A stretch of 36,587 bases of DNA. Origin: Candidatus Sabulitectum sp. (GTDB lineage: Bacteria > Fermentibacterota > Fermentibacteria > Fermentibacterales > JCC-6). This document shows, piece after piece, positions 8,319 through 16,974 of this stretch (position 1 is its first letter; each line of letters begins with the position of its first letter). The notes under the pieces are model-generated. The model had not been told where the DNA came from. It did no database searches and saw only the letters and a list, made by a program, of their open reading frames with translations. The stretch spans positions 1 to 36,587 of the forward strand of contig JAOZRM010000002.1 of NCBI GenBank assembly GCA_029940175.1, written 5' to 3'. The position numbers and the translations under genes were made by a program.

Positions 8319-8358
8319 GGGGCGCCTGCAATAAAGCAGACGCCCTTGTTCTTCTGTT
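8319..8358. terminator. Hairpin between convergent genes (possible bidirectional terminator)
   Basis: GGGGCGCCTGC (8319-8329), loop AATAAA, then GCAGACGCCC (8336-8345), with one mismatch. It is followed on the plus strand by the T-rich TTGTTCTTCTGTTCTTTT. It sits between the DUF1016 stop and the stop of the 1221-aa gene. Confidence 0.5.
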
Positions 8359-8361
8359 CTT

Positions 8362-11300
8362 TTAGAGTACCCGGAACCGTTCTGTTCCAACCTCTCTTAT
8401 GTCTTTGCGGTACTGCTGGCTGTGGGTCAGTGGTGGTTGTATCGAGGAAGCTTTCGCACCAAGATTGATGGGCACAAGAGTTCCTCTGCCGTCCCAGTTC
8501 CTCTCTTCACCGGTGTTCCAGTAGAAACGGACCATGTCACCCAGTTTTTCACGGATCAGTTCATCCGTAGAGTCACTAAGATTGAGGTCGAATTCTTCTG
8601 CCAGCGATTCAAGAATTTCTATTCCGGTTTTTCCGGAAGCAGGAGGAACTGCCCCGTTGAAGCAGATAACATTGCCTTCGTAGTTGCATCTGGTTCCTGG
8701 GGTTTCAAGGAAGGTTGAACCGGGAAGTGTGACATCTGAGGCCATTGTGGTTTCAGTATCGGTCCAGTCCATGGCTGCAATAAAATCACAGTTCTGGAAC
8801 CAGGAACCTGTTCTGCTGAAGTCCAGTGGATTTTCTCCTATGATGAAAGCAGCTTTAAGCTTACCTTCTTCAAGAATGCTCCTGAGTTCTTCACTGGTCT
8901 TTGCTCCGGGAAGAGCATTCTCACCAATGGGAACCCGTCCTGCTGTGAATGCCGGGTCTGCACCCATCACCTCAAGACCTGCGCTGTTGGCTATAAGCCT
9001 TGGCAGTAGAATGTCGGTCTGTTTCTTTGCATCCCTTAACATCAGTGTAAGGTTGGCGAAGATCTCAATATCTTCATGAGCTGCATCCTGTGGCCTGTCA
9101 GGGCTGTGAACAATCACGACTCTGCCGGCATTCATGATGAGTTCAGCTGCCTTGAGAATATCTTCACTTTCCACACCGGCTTTAGCTGCATCGATGTCGA
9201 CTGAAGAGATTCTGGCGTCCAGGAAGATGTCTCTGCCCTCAATGTTGTCAGGGGAGATCACACCCCTGTTCATCAGTTCGTGCATCACTCCATTCCAGAA
9301 GTAGGATGCTCTGCCGCGCATGGGGTCAACCGCAAGGGTTGCCAGATGCTGATCAGAGTTTGCAAGGGTGGAGTTGGCAACTATGAGCTTTGCTCCATCC
9401 TTTACCTTCTGAATGACATCCACGGCAAGAATAAGATGATCAGCTTCAAGAGCTGTGTTGTTGCAGATGATCAAATCTGCATCCTTGAGACAATCCTTGT
9501 CTGAGGTTGATGCTGTGAAACCGAAGGATTTGTCCAGAACGCCGGACCGTCCGCCTCCACTTATGATTGCAAGTGAACCGATGTTGTTGGTGCCGATTCC
9601 GTTTCTTGCAATTTCTGACGCAATGAAGAATTCTTCATTTGTAAGCTCTGGAGAAACGAATACTGCAACTTTTTCAGCGCCGTATTCTTTAACTGCTTCT
9701 TTCATCTGCTTGACTATTGCTTCATTGGCAATCTGCAGCTGAACAGCTTTGTAGGAACTGCCCTCACGGATCACTGGATTCTTCATTCTGCTCTGTTTGA
9801 TGAAAAGTTCGTTGCCGAATCTTCCATAGCGACAGAGGTAATCTCCGGGTTTTCCGCTTGACTTTATGAAGTAGCGTTGATCACCAAAGTTTCTTACAAC
9901 TATTTCACAACCGATGGAACAGAAACCGCAGTGTGTACTGATATCCTCAGTTTCCAGGCAGGCTCTACCGTTAAAAGGGTATTTCATGGTAAGAGCTCCT
10001 GTGGGACATGCATCCACACAGTTACCGCAGCTGATGCAGCTTGTTTCCACAAGCGGATCATTCATAGCAGGGCGCATCTCGGTTTTGAAACCTCTTCCCA
10101 CAAGCCCTAGAGCAGGTATGGGAAGAACTCTTTCACATGTTCTGACGCATCTAGCGCAGAGAACGCACTTGTTGGGGTCGTATACTATGTAGGGATGTCT
10201 TTCATCCACCTTGTGCTTACGTACATGACCCTTGAACTCTTCCATGTCTACGCCGTATTCCTCGCCGTAAAGCCTCAGATCGCAGTCATCAAAACGGACG
10301 CATCCGCATGAGAGACATCTGTCTGTCTCATGCTCGTTGTCCTCGGGGTCAAATCCTGTAGCAACTTCCTGAAAGCTGTTCCGTCTTTCATCAACTTCAA
10401 TTGCGTGAAGTTCATGTCTGGTGGATTCGTTCACATCGCCAAGCTCGGTCTTTCCCGGCTTGGCCCAGAATTCCTTGCGAACCACAAATGGCTCCGGTGT
10501 GATCTTTGTCTGTTCAAGCCAGGCAGTTATTGATTTGGCCGCCCTCTGGCCGTCTCTGATTGCATCGATTGCAACTGTTGGTCCGTCGTCTGCAGCATCT
10601 CCGCCGGCGAAGATTCCCTGGACATTGGTTTCCATAGTTCTTGTGTTTACCACATAGGTGTTCCACCTGGTAAGTTCAACTTCACCGGTTTCTATTTTTG
10701 TGAGGCCATCAAGAACAGTATTCTGACCAATAGCAGAGATCACAAGATTACAGGGAAGCTCAAATTCAGAGCCTTCCTGAGGAACAGGTCGGCGTCTGCC
10801 TGAAGCATCCGGCTCTCCCAGTTTCATTCTCTGGCACTTGAGTGCTTTCAGTTTGCCGTTTTCCTGTACAATGCCAACTGGAGCGGCAAGTTCCATTAGC
10901 TCGATGCCCTCTTCAAGAAGATCCACTATCTCCATCTTGTCTGCAGGCATCTGTGCTCTGGTTCTTCTGTAAAGAACGATGACTTTGTCTGCGTTGAGAC
11001 GCCATGCAGTTCTGGCAGCATCCATGGCAGTATTACCGCCTCCTACAACAACGATGGTTCCAGTGAGGGGCTCCGGGTTATCGACCTTCTCGGGCAGGAA
11101 GTCAGCACCGGTAACAACACCTTCGGTGTCAAATTCACCTTCAACACGCATTGCCTTGCCAGTCCAGGCTCCTGCTGCAAGGAAGAGTGCATCATGCTTA
11201 TTCTTCAGTTCATTCAGTGTTACATCGGTGCCTACTCTGACGTTGCAGTGAATTTCAGTGCCCACCTTTTTGATGTACTCTACTTCCTGGTCCATCACGT

Positions 11301-12027
11301 CATCAGGAAGTCTGTACTCCGGAATGCCGTATCTGAGCATTCCACCAGTTCGTTCCTTTGCCTCGTAGATAACCGGCTTGATGCCCTGCTTTCCCAGGAA
11401 CCAGGCTGCAGTAAGACCTGCAGGACCTGAACCGACTATTCCAACTGATCTTCCCGTAGGAGGAAGGCACTCTGGCTCAGTTGCATAAGCGTTTTCAGCA
11501 TCTGAGAGGTAACGCTTTATGTTGTTTATAGCCACAGGAGTGTCTACATCCATCCTTCGACATACATCCTCGCACTTTCGGACACAAACTCGTGCACAAA
11601 CAGCAGGGAGGGGATTTTTCTCACGGATCAGGTCGATTGCCAGCTGTAGTTCTCCCATTGCTGAGAGGGCAATGTATCCCTGGGCATCCACATTTGCAGG
11701 ACATCCTTCCAGGCATGGAGATATACAATCTGCGTAGTGGTTGGAAAGAAGCAGTTCGAGAGCCGTTTTTCTGGAATCAAGAATTCTGTCGTTCCTTGTC
11801 TGAACTTCCATGCCGGGAGCGATCACTGTGGCACAGGAAGGAACAAGGTTGCCTCTGCCTTTAACTTCCACAACACACACGAAGCATGAGCCGTAAGGCT
11901 TCAGTTCCGGGGAGTGGCAGAGAGTGGGTATATCGTCTAGATTGTTTTCCTGAACCACTTCCAGGATGGTTCTTCCCGGTGCGGCTTCTATTTCCTGTCC
12001 GTTGATCTTAAGTTTTATCATGTCCAT
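8362..12027 (-). CDS. Large fusion subunit of a NuoEF-associated (Stn/Bfu-like) flavin/FeS oxidoreductase: 2Fe-2S ferredoxin, GltD/NfnB-like NAD(P)H-FAD module, NuoG-type 4Fe-4S domains and a degenerate molybdopterin-oxidoreductase-like domain
   Basis: The N-terminus IKLKINGQEIEAAPGRTILE...CHSPELKPYGSCFVCVVEV is a 2Fe-2S domain. HYADCISPCLEGCPA...LPAVCARVCVRKCEDVCRR plus GIVGSGPAGLTAAWFL...GGMLRYGIPEYRLP and VVVGGGNTAMDAART form the GltD-like module. CVLCARCVRTC and CISCGNCVDACPTGA are 4Fe-4S motifs. HCGFCSIGCEI...LCRYGRF is the MopB-type 4Fe-4S motif. Where Fdh enzymes carry the (Sec/Cys)-His pair after IGTNN..., this protein reads IGSLAIISGGG. Confidence 0.8.
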   Translation of the reverse strand: MDMIKLKINGQEIEAAPGRTILEVVQENNLDDIPTLCHSPELKPYGSCFVCVVEVKGRGNLVPSCATVIAPGMEVQTRNDRILDSRKTALELLLSNHYADCISPCLEGCPANVDAQGYIALSAMGELQLAIDLIREKNPLPAVCARVCVRKCEDVCRRMDVDTPVAINNIKRYLSDAENAYATEPECLPPTGRSVGIVGSGPAGLTAAWFLGKQGIKPVIYEAKERTGGMLRYGIPEYRLPDDVMDQEVEYIKKVGTEIHCNVRVGTDVTLNELKNKHDALFLAAGAWTGKAMRVEGEFDTEGVVTGADFLPEKVDNPEPLTGTIVVVGGGNTAMDAARTAWRLNADKVIVLYRRTRAQMPADKMEIVDLLEEGIELMELAAPVGIVQENGKLKALKCQRMKLGEPDASGRRRPVPQEGSEFELPCNLVISAIGQNTVLDGLTKIETGEVELTRWNTYVVNTRTMETNVQGIFAGGDAADDGPTVAIDAIRDGQRAAKSITAWLEQTKITPEPFVVRKEFWAKPGKTELGDVNESTRHELHAIEVDERRNSFQEVATGFDPEDNEHETDRCLSCGCVRFDDCDLRLYGEEYGVDMEEFKGHVRKHKVDERHPYIVYDPNKCVLCARCVRTCERVLPIPALGLVGRGFKTEMRPAMNDPLVETSCISCGNCVDACPTGALTMKYPFNGRACLETEDISTHCGFCSIGCEIVVRNFGDQRYFIKSSGKPGDYLCRYGRFGNELFIKQSRMKNPVIREGSSYKAVQLQIANEAIVKQMKEAVKEYGAEKVAVFVSPELTNEEFFIASEIARNGIGTNNIGSLAIISGGGRSGVLDKSFGFTASTSDKDCLKDADLIICNNTALEADHLILAVDVIQKVKDGAKLIVANSTLANSDQHLATLAVDPMRGRASYFWNGVMHELMNRGVISPDNIEGRDIFLDARISSVDIDAAKAGVESEDILKAAELIMNAGRVVIVHSPDRPQDAAHEDIEIFANLTLMLRDAKKQTDILLPRLIANSAGLEVMGADPAFTAGRVPIGENALPGAKTSEELRSILEEGKLKAAFIIGENPLDFSRTGSWFQNCDFIAAMDWTDTETTMASDVTLPGSTFLETPGTRCNYEGNVICFNGAVPPASGKTGIEILESLAEEFDLNLSDSTDELIREKLGDMVRFYWNTGEERNWDGRGTLVPINLGAKASSIQPPLTHSQQYRKDIREVGTERFRVL

Positions 12028-12034
12028 TGCTGCC

Positions 12035-13816
12035 CTACCGTTTCACTACTGCACCGAAGTTGCAGCTTGTTATGCACTTGCCACACTTGACGCATTTTTC
12101 CTGGTCAATGACGTGAACTTCCTTGACTTTGCCTGCTATGGCATCAACAGGGCATGCTCTTGCACAGAGGGTGCAACCAACACACTTCTCCGGAATAATT
12201 ACGAAGTCTACAAGGGCTTCACATTCCCCAGCGGGGCATTTCTTGTCTTCGATGTGTGCCTTGTATTCATCAAGGTAGTAGCGAATGGTTGTCTGCACCG
12301 GGTTTGGAGCCGTCTGACCCAACCCGCACAAACTTGCTTCCTTGATCTGAATTGAGAGTTTCTCCAGTTTAGGAATATCTTCGGAAACTCCCTCGCCACG
12401 GGTAATACGGTCAAGTATTTCCAGCATTCTCAGGGTTCCGATCCGGCAGAAAGTACACTTTCCGCAGGATTCGCTCTGGGTGAAGTCCAGGAAGAATCTG
12501 GCGATTCCAACCATGCAGGTTCCCTGATCCATCACCACCATACCGCCTGAGCCCATGATTGCCCCTGTGGTGGGGATAGACTCGAAGTCCACTGGTGTAT
12601 GCTTCAGACTTGCCGGAATACATCCACCGGATGGACCACCCATCTGGACAGCTTTAAACTCGCCGCCTTCTTTGATTCCACCGCCAATATTGAATACCAG
12701 CTGCTCAATTGTTGTTCCCATTGGAACCTCAGCCAGGCCACCCTTGGCAACCTTGCCTGCAAGAGCAAATACTTTTGTACCAGGGCTTTTTGGGGTACCT
12801 ATTGAAGAATAGGCTTTTGCCCCATTGGCTATTATCCAGGGGACATTTGCAAATGTTTCAACATTGTTGTTGTTTGTGGGTTTCTGCCACAATCCTTTTT
12901 CAGCAGGGAATGGTGGACGGATCCTGGGCATACCTCTTTCGCCTTCAATAGAGGCAAAAAGAGCGGTTTCCTCGCCACACACAAAAGCGCCTGCACCTTG
13001 CTTGATCTTCATGTTAAATGTAAAACCGGAACCGAAGATGTTTTCTCCAAGATAGCCCTTTTTCTTGGCTGCCGTAATGGCTTTTTCCAGCCTGGCGATG
13101 GCAAGCGGGTACTCCGCACGGCAATAGATGTATCCGAAACTGGCACCTATAGCCTTACCGCATATAATCATGCCCTCGATAACCGCATGAGGATCACCTT
13201 CAAGCACAGAACGATCCATGAATGCCCCTGGATCACCCTCATCCGCGTTACAAACCACATACTTGGTATCGCCCTTGTTTGCTGCGGCAAAAGACCATTT
13301 CAGGCCGGTTGGGAAACCTGCTCCACCTCTTCCGCGAAGCCCGGAGTCTTTCATGGTTTGAATGATCTCCTCGGGTGTAATTTCTGTCAGGGCTTTCTTC
13401 AGCCCCTGATAGCCACCGATCTCTTCATAATCTTCAATGGATTCAGGGTTGATGATGCCGCAGTTTCTAAGTACGATCCTTTCCTGCAGATCAAGGAATG
13501 TTGCTTCTGAACCGGAGGTGGAACCGTCGGAAGCTACCGAGAAGATAATTCTTTCGTCGTCTACCTTTTTACCGCTTAGAACGTGTTCATTGAATATTTC
13601 TTCTGCTAATTCTGAGGAAACATCTCCGTAAATGGTTCTTCCTGATTCATCCTGGATCTCTACCAGAGGTTCCCGGAAACACATTCCGATACATCCCGTG
13701 ATGTCGAGTTCGCAGATCTCCGAGTGTGCTTCAGATAACTCTTTAAGCTTGTCATACACAGGCTGGGCACCGGCGGAAAGACCACAGGTTCCCATGCCGA
13801 CAATTATTTTCTTCAT
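12035..13816 (-). CDS. NuoF/HydB-like NADH-binding FMN/FeS subunit with an N-terminal thioredoxin-like 2Fe-2S domain and a C-terminal 2x[4Fe-4S] ferredoxin domain
   Basis: GLRGRGGAGFPTGLKW is the FMN/NADH motif and SESCGKCTFCRIGT the N3-type cluster. The C-terminus carries CVGCTLCARACP and CVKCGKCITSCN. The start is set at the ATG at 13816 (MKKIIVGMGTCGLSAG) behind AAGGAG. The track ORF extends to 13945 and would overlap the upstream gene. Confidence 0.9.
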   Translation of the reverse strand: MKKIIVGMGTCGLSAGAQPVYDKLKELSEAHSEICELDITGCIGMCFREPLVEIQDESGRTIYGDVSSELAEEIFNEHVLSGKKVDDERIIFSVASDGSTSGSEATFLDLQERIVLRNCGIINPESIEDYEEIGGYQGLKKALTEITPEEIIQTMKDSGLRGRGGAGFPTGLKWSFAAANKGDTKYVVCNADEGDPGAFMDRSVLEGDPHAVIEGMIICGKAIGASFGYIYCRAEYPLAIARLEKAITAAKKKGYLGENIFGSGFTFNMKIKQGAGAFVCGEETALFASIEGERGMPRIRPPFPAEKGLWQKPTNNNNVETFANVPWIIANGAKAYSSIGTPKSPGTKVFALAGKVAKGGLAEVPMGTTIEQLVFNIGGGIKEGGEFKAVQMGGPSGGCIPASLKHTPVDFESIPTTGAIMGSGGMVVMDQGTCMVGIARFFLDFTQSESCGKCTFCRIGTLRMLEILDRITRGEGVSEDIPKLEKLSIQIKEASLCGLGQTAPNPVQTTIRYYLDEYKAHIEDKKCPAGECEALVDFVIIPEKCVGCTLCARACPVDAIAGKVKEVHVIDQEKCVKCGKCITSCNFGAVVKR

Positions 13817-13838
13817 CTGTTTTCTCCTTGCGATGTCA

Positions 13839-14345
13839 TCATGAAGCACCAACAGCACTTTCGGCAATTTTCTTTCCTTTTCTGCGGTACTCTTTAAGTA
13901 TTTTTCGCAGCGATGCAGGAGTAAGTCGGCCATGTGTGTCGTCATTGACCATTATCACCGGAGCCAGTGAACAGCAGCCAATACAGGCAACAGTGAGGAA
14001 TGTGAAGAGACCATCTTCAGACGTGTCCCCGACTTCGACTTCAAGCTCGTCTTCGATCGTATCAATGATAGCTTTGGCACCGGAGACATGGCACGCAGTA
14101 CCGGCACATGCTCTTACCACAAACTTTCCCATTGGTTGAAGTCTGAACTGACTGTAGAAAGTGATGACACCGAAGATGTCGGACTCAGGGATAGCGGTAA
14201 CTCCGGAGATGTAGGTAATGGCTCGTCTGGGTATGTACCCGAAATGCTCCTGGGCAGATTGCAGCAGGGGAATTAGTTCCCCGGGTGCTCCATCGTATTT
14301 CCAGAGCCTGTAGTTGAAACTTTCCTTTTTGGCAGCCGTTTTCAT
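13839..14345 (-). CDS. NuoE/HydC-like thioredoxin-like [2Fe-2S] subunit
   Basis: LIPLLQSAQEHFGYIP...FGVITFYSQF...ACAGTACHVSG...VACIGCCSLAPV is the NuoE-type Cys pattern. I chose the ATG at 14345 (GAAGGGAG upstream); in-frame ATGs at 14357 and 14393 are alternatives. Confidence 0.85.
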   Translation of the reverse strand: MKTAAKKESFNYRLWKYDGAPGELIPLLQSAQEHFGYIPRRAITYISGVTAIPESDIFGVITFYSQFRLQPMGKFVVRACAGTACHVSGAKAIIDTIEDELEVEVGDTSEDGLFTFLTVACIGCCSLAPVIMVNDDTHGRLTPASLRKILKEYRRKGKKIAESAVGAS

Positions 14346-14438
14346 CACTCCCTTCATAATCACCACTGGAACCCCGGGAGGAGATTTCTCCATCCGGGGC
14401 CAGTGGGAATATCAGAAATATTTTATGTTGCTATATCG

Positions 14439-15425
14439 TTAGTCGTCTAAAAGCTTTATTACTTTTGCCTCTCTCACACGGAGAACACCATCGATCTGGC
14501 TCAGCTTCTCGATAATTCTGGGAGTCTTGCCCACAGCGCCATGGCCTGTGATCATTCCCACAAGTTTGGTTCCATTTTCGATAACGTCGCAAACCACAAC
14601 TTCATCAATGAAGAAAACAGTAGTGAAAATCTGCTGGATTGAATCGGGATCAATGTCTACGATGATATAGCTCACGGAGCCTGGTTGTCTTCGTGCTCCG
14701 GCCTGTGCCTCCTGCTTAACAGCTTTTTGATACGTGTCGATGAACTGATCAACATCCCTGTCAAGTTTTGGTCTTTCCACCTGTGACATTGAAAGAACAT
14801 TAATTCCGTCTATTGCTTTTACCGAATCAAATACTTCTTCTATTCCAGCTGCTGATTCCGCCTGAGCCAGAAGAACAACATCAAAGTCGCCCCTGACGGC
14901 GTCGCATGACTGAATACCCGGCATGGAGTAGAGTTTGTCGAAGATCTCCATGCTGTTCTCTGAATCGGTAATTTTGATTGTGAGATAAGCGCTGACGGAT
15001 TCACGCATTCCGTCATCAACCTGCTCGGCACTGGAATCTGTTGCGGTTTTACCCGGTGTCAATTCTTCAAGAGCACTGACCAGCTCAGGTATTTCAAAAG
15101 GTTTATTCAAGAAGCCGGTATTGTACTCGGCCAGGGCGGTCATCATGAGTCGCTCATCACCAAAACCGGTGATCACAAGTACTGGAAGGTCGGGATACTG
15201 ATTCTTTATTACCTTCAGAATCTTCAGTCCATCAATGTCCGGCATGAAGATGTCTGTTATCAGGTAATCGTAAGCGAGTCCTTTGTTTTTGGACTGGTTA
15301 AGTTCGTGGATTGCTGATATTCCATCGGGACATGCCACCACGGAATAATCCTCCTGGGTGAGACCGAAGGTAAGATTCCTGCGAATCTCAGCCTCGTCAT
15401 CTATTATGAGTACTCGACCCTTCAA
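14439..15425 (-). CDS. Response regulator: receiver (REC) domain followed by two AsnC/Lrp-type (RAM) ligand-binding-like domains, with no DNA-binding domain seen
   Basis: REC domain: VLIIDDE...YLITDIFMPDIDG...PVLVITGF...FLNKP. The C-terminal half has two repeats of the AsnC_trans_reg-like pattern: AYLTIKI...MPGIQSCDAVRGDFDVVLLAQAES...AIDGINVLSMSQV and SYIIVDI...IDEVVVCDVIENGTKLVGMI...QIDGVLRVREAKVIKL. Confidence 0.75.
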   Translation of the reverse strand: MKGRVLIIDDEAEIRRNLTFGLTQEDYSVVACPDGISAIHELNQSKNKGLAYDYLITDIFMPDIDGLKILKVIKNQYPDLPVLVITGFGDERLMMTALAEYNTGFLNKPFEIPELVSALEELTPGKTATDSSAEQVDDGMRESVSAYLTIKITDSENSMEIFDKLYSMPGIQSCDAVRGDFDVVLLAQAESAAGIEEVFDSVKAIDGINVLSMSQVERPKLDRDVDQFIDTYQKAVKQEAQAGARRQPGSVSYIIVDIDPDSIQQIFTTVFFIDEVVVCDVIENGTKLVGMITGHGAVGKTPRIIEKLSQIDGVLRVREAKVIKLLDD

Positions 15426-15510
15426 TGGTTTCCTCCTCTGTTGTTAATAAAAGATACGGATGTGTGAACGCTATGCCCCGTACTTCCCAAAGTCAAGAAC
15501 TTAATGTGTA

Positions 15511-16974
15511 TCAACGTACCTCTGCTCTACACAATTCAAGGCCATCTTCAAGATCCGTCCATCTTCCAGACGAAAGGTAGAGGTTCATTGCCCTTGCTGC
15601 TCGCCTGCCGTGACCCATTGCAAGAATCACAGTGGCTGCTCCAAGCACGATATCCCCACCTGCAAAAACTCCGGGAACCGAGGTTTGGCCGGTAACCTCA
15701 TTTACTATTACACCACCCCAGTTTGTTACATCAAGGTCAGGATATGAACTGGGTACCAGAGGGTTGGGGCTGTTGCCTATGGCAACGATCAGAATGTCGG
15801 TTTCCATGATATATTCCGAACCCTCAATTGGAATAGGTCGTCTTCTGCCGGATGCATCAGGCTTTCCCAGCTCCATTTTTATCAGTTCAGCACCAGTAAT
15901 CCATCCTTTGTCATTCCCCACCAGCCGTACGGGATTGTTCAGAAGATGAAATTCAACTCCTTCTTCCCTGGCATGATGGATTTCCTCAAGTCTGGCCGGC
16001 ATCTGTTCCTCAGCCCTTCTGTAGACTATCAGTGATCGTTCTGCGCCCATTCGCAGCGCTGTTCTGGCACAGTCCATTGCTACATTCCCGCCACCTACTG
16101 TTATTACCGTTCTACCTTTGACTATAGGTGTATCAGACTGGGGAAATGTATATGCCTTCATAAGGTTTGCTCTTGTGAGGTATTCATTTGCAGAAAGAAC
16201 TCCTAAAAGATTCTCACCATCAACCCTCATGAATCTCGGCAGTCCGGCACCGGTTCCAATAAAGACTGCATCGTTCTCTTCTACAATCTTTTCTACTGGA
16301 GACGTTTTACCAACGATGAAGTTGTATCTGAACTTGACTCCCAGTTTTTCCAGATAATCAACTTCTGTCTGAACAATGGCTTTTGGAAGTCTGAATTCAG
16401 GTATTCCATAAAGAAGAACTCCACCAGCCTTGTGAAAAGCCTCGTAAACTGTAACATCATGACCGTATTTGATCAGATCTCCCGCAACAGTCAAACCAGC
16501 AGGACCTCCGCCCACGATTGCTACTTTTTTTCCGGTTTTTCTAACCTCAGGCGGTGTGGCGTAAACTCCCTGTTCCCGCTCCCAATCAGCAAGGAACATC
16601 TCCAGTTTGCCTATCATCACTGCTTTAGTCGGATCTTTTTTTGCTTTTCCAATAACGCAGACTGCCTGGCATTGTTCCTCCTGGGGGCAGACTCGACCGC
16701 AGACAGCGGGAAGCAGGTTTCTCTGTTTCAGAACATGTACACCGGTGGAGAAATCTCCCTGCTCAATAGCCTTAATAAAGCCCGGGATATCTATTCCAAC
16801 AGGACACCCTTCGATGCAGAATGGAGTTTTGCACTGAAGACATCTTTGCGCCTCGATCATGGCCATTTCAGGAGTGTAGCCCAGAGGAACTTCTTTCACA
16901 TTGTGAATTCTTTCCTTTGGATCCTGTTCCGGCATAACAGTTGGTGGAATTTTCAGTCTTTCTGCCGGTTTCAT
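15511..16974 (-). CDS. nfnB: NfnB / GltD-like (glutamate synthase small-subunit family) NADPH-FAD-2x[4Fe-4S] oxidoreductase subunit
   Basis: EAQRCLQCKTPFCIEGCPVGIDIP...LPAVCGRVCPQEEQCQAVC, VAIVGGGPAGLTVAGDL...GGVLLYGIPEFRLP and TVGGGNVAMDCARTA are all present. The ATG at 16974 forms an ATGA overlap with the nfnA-like stop; the track start at 17013 is rejected. Confidence 0.85.
   Translation of the reverse strand: MKPAERLKIPPTVMPEQDPKERIHNVKEVPLGYTPEMAMIEAQRCLQCKTPFCIEGCPVGIDIPGFIKAIEQGDFSTGVHVLKQRNLLPAVCGRVCPQEEQCQAVCVIGKAKKDPTKAVMIGKLEMFLADWEREQGVYATPPEVRKTGKKVAIVGGGPAGLTVAGDLIKYGHDVTVYEAFHKAGGVLLYGIPEFRLPKAIVQTEVDYLEKLGVKFRYNFIVGKTSPVEKIVEENDAVFIGTGAGLPRFMRVDGENLLGVLSANEYLTRANLMKAYTFPQSDTPIVKGRTVITVGGGNVAMDCARTALRMGAERSLIVYRRAEEQMPARLEEIHHAREEGVEFHLLNNPVRLVGNDKGWITGAELIKMELGKPDASGRRRPIPIEGSEYIMETDILIVAIGNSPNPLVPSSYPDLDVTNWGGVIVNEVTGQTSVPGVFAGGDIVLGAATVILAMGHGRRAARAMNLYLSSGRWTDLEDGLELCRAEVR

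Noticed and set aside
8362-10000. Possibility that the large fusion is a selenocysteine or Cys formate dehydrogenase
   Set aside because: There is no in-frame TGA. The position aligned by eye to the Sec/Cys-His ligand reads SLAIISGGG, and the MopB-like part is short. It is kept only as an alignment check in the findings.
12998-13510. 170-aa plus-strand ORF antisense to the NuoF-like gene (also 12555-13055 and several other plus-strand ORFs between 8422 and 14276)
   Set aside because: They lie entirely inside strongly motif-supported minus-strand genes. They have no RBS or recognisable motifs. Such shadow ORFs are typical of antisense frames.
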